Made by a program: the position numbers and the translations under genes. Below, in pieces: positions 21,368 to 21,382 of a stretch of 21,382 nt of DNA (positions are counted from its first letter, which is position 1; each line of letters begins with the position of its first letter). Where the stretch lies: the IMG/VR virus record IMGVR_UViG_3300028833_000002; one strand, 5' to 3'. The notes under the pieces are model-generated. The model had not been told where the DNA came from. It did not search any database and was given only the letters and a program-made list of their open reading frames with translations. This DNA comes from a virus (taxonomy: Duplodnaviria; Heunggongvirae; Uroviricota; Caudoviricetes).

Positions 21368-21382
21368 ATTATAGCATAGATT
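21368..21382 (-). promoter_or_regulatory. -10 element of a sigma-A promoter; -35 lies outside the window
   Basis: TGC-TATAAT-ATATACATAAG, as in the other cassettes. Confidence 0.8.

Noticed and set aside
1-21382. tRNA, rRNA, transposase, integrase or structural genes
   Set aside because: No recognisable motifs by eye; tRNAscan and profile searches were not run.

Overview
AT-rich window that reads like the early/accessory region of a large dsDNA phage or phage-plasmid of a Bacillota-type host. This is inferred from consensus sigma-A promoters, AAGGAG-type RBSs and about 40 short, tightly packed, mostly hypothetical genes; no structural, lysis, integrase or tRNA genes are visible. The left arm (1-9347, + strand) holds operons driven by three near-identical promoter modules, two paralogous winged-helix genes and a Pif1/RecD-like SF1B helicase. 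The centre (9350-11860) is origin-like non-coding DNA: GNA mini-hairpins, 7 AT-rich/G-tract repeats and 7 iteron-like 22-23-bp repeats. These are followed by a Rep-like winged-helix gene interrupted by one in-frame TAG, and then a GC-rich convergence zone. The right arm (11861-21382, - strand) is an array of 11 self-contained expression cassettes separated by one stereotyped intergenic module: terminator, GCCCGGGC-centred ~10-bp-periodic site, A/T tract and a perfect TTGACA-17-TGnTATAAT promoter. In 10 of the 11 cassettes the module ends in a compact covarying stem-loop/pseudoknot fused to the Shine-Dalgarno sequence. Cassette cargo includes a DEDDh exonuclease, a HAD nucleotidase, very acidic small proteins, membrane proteins and a duplicated wHTH-like family. 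A GC-rich palindrome TTTCGC(G/C)GCGAAA is strongly over-represented throughout. All counts and coordinates were derived by hand; no database searches were run.
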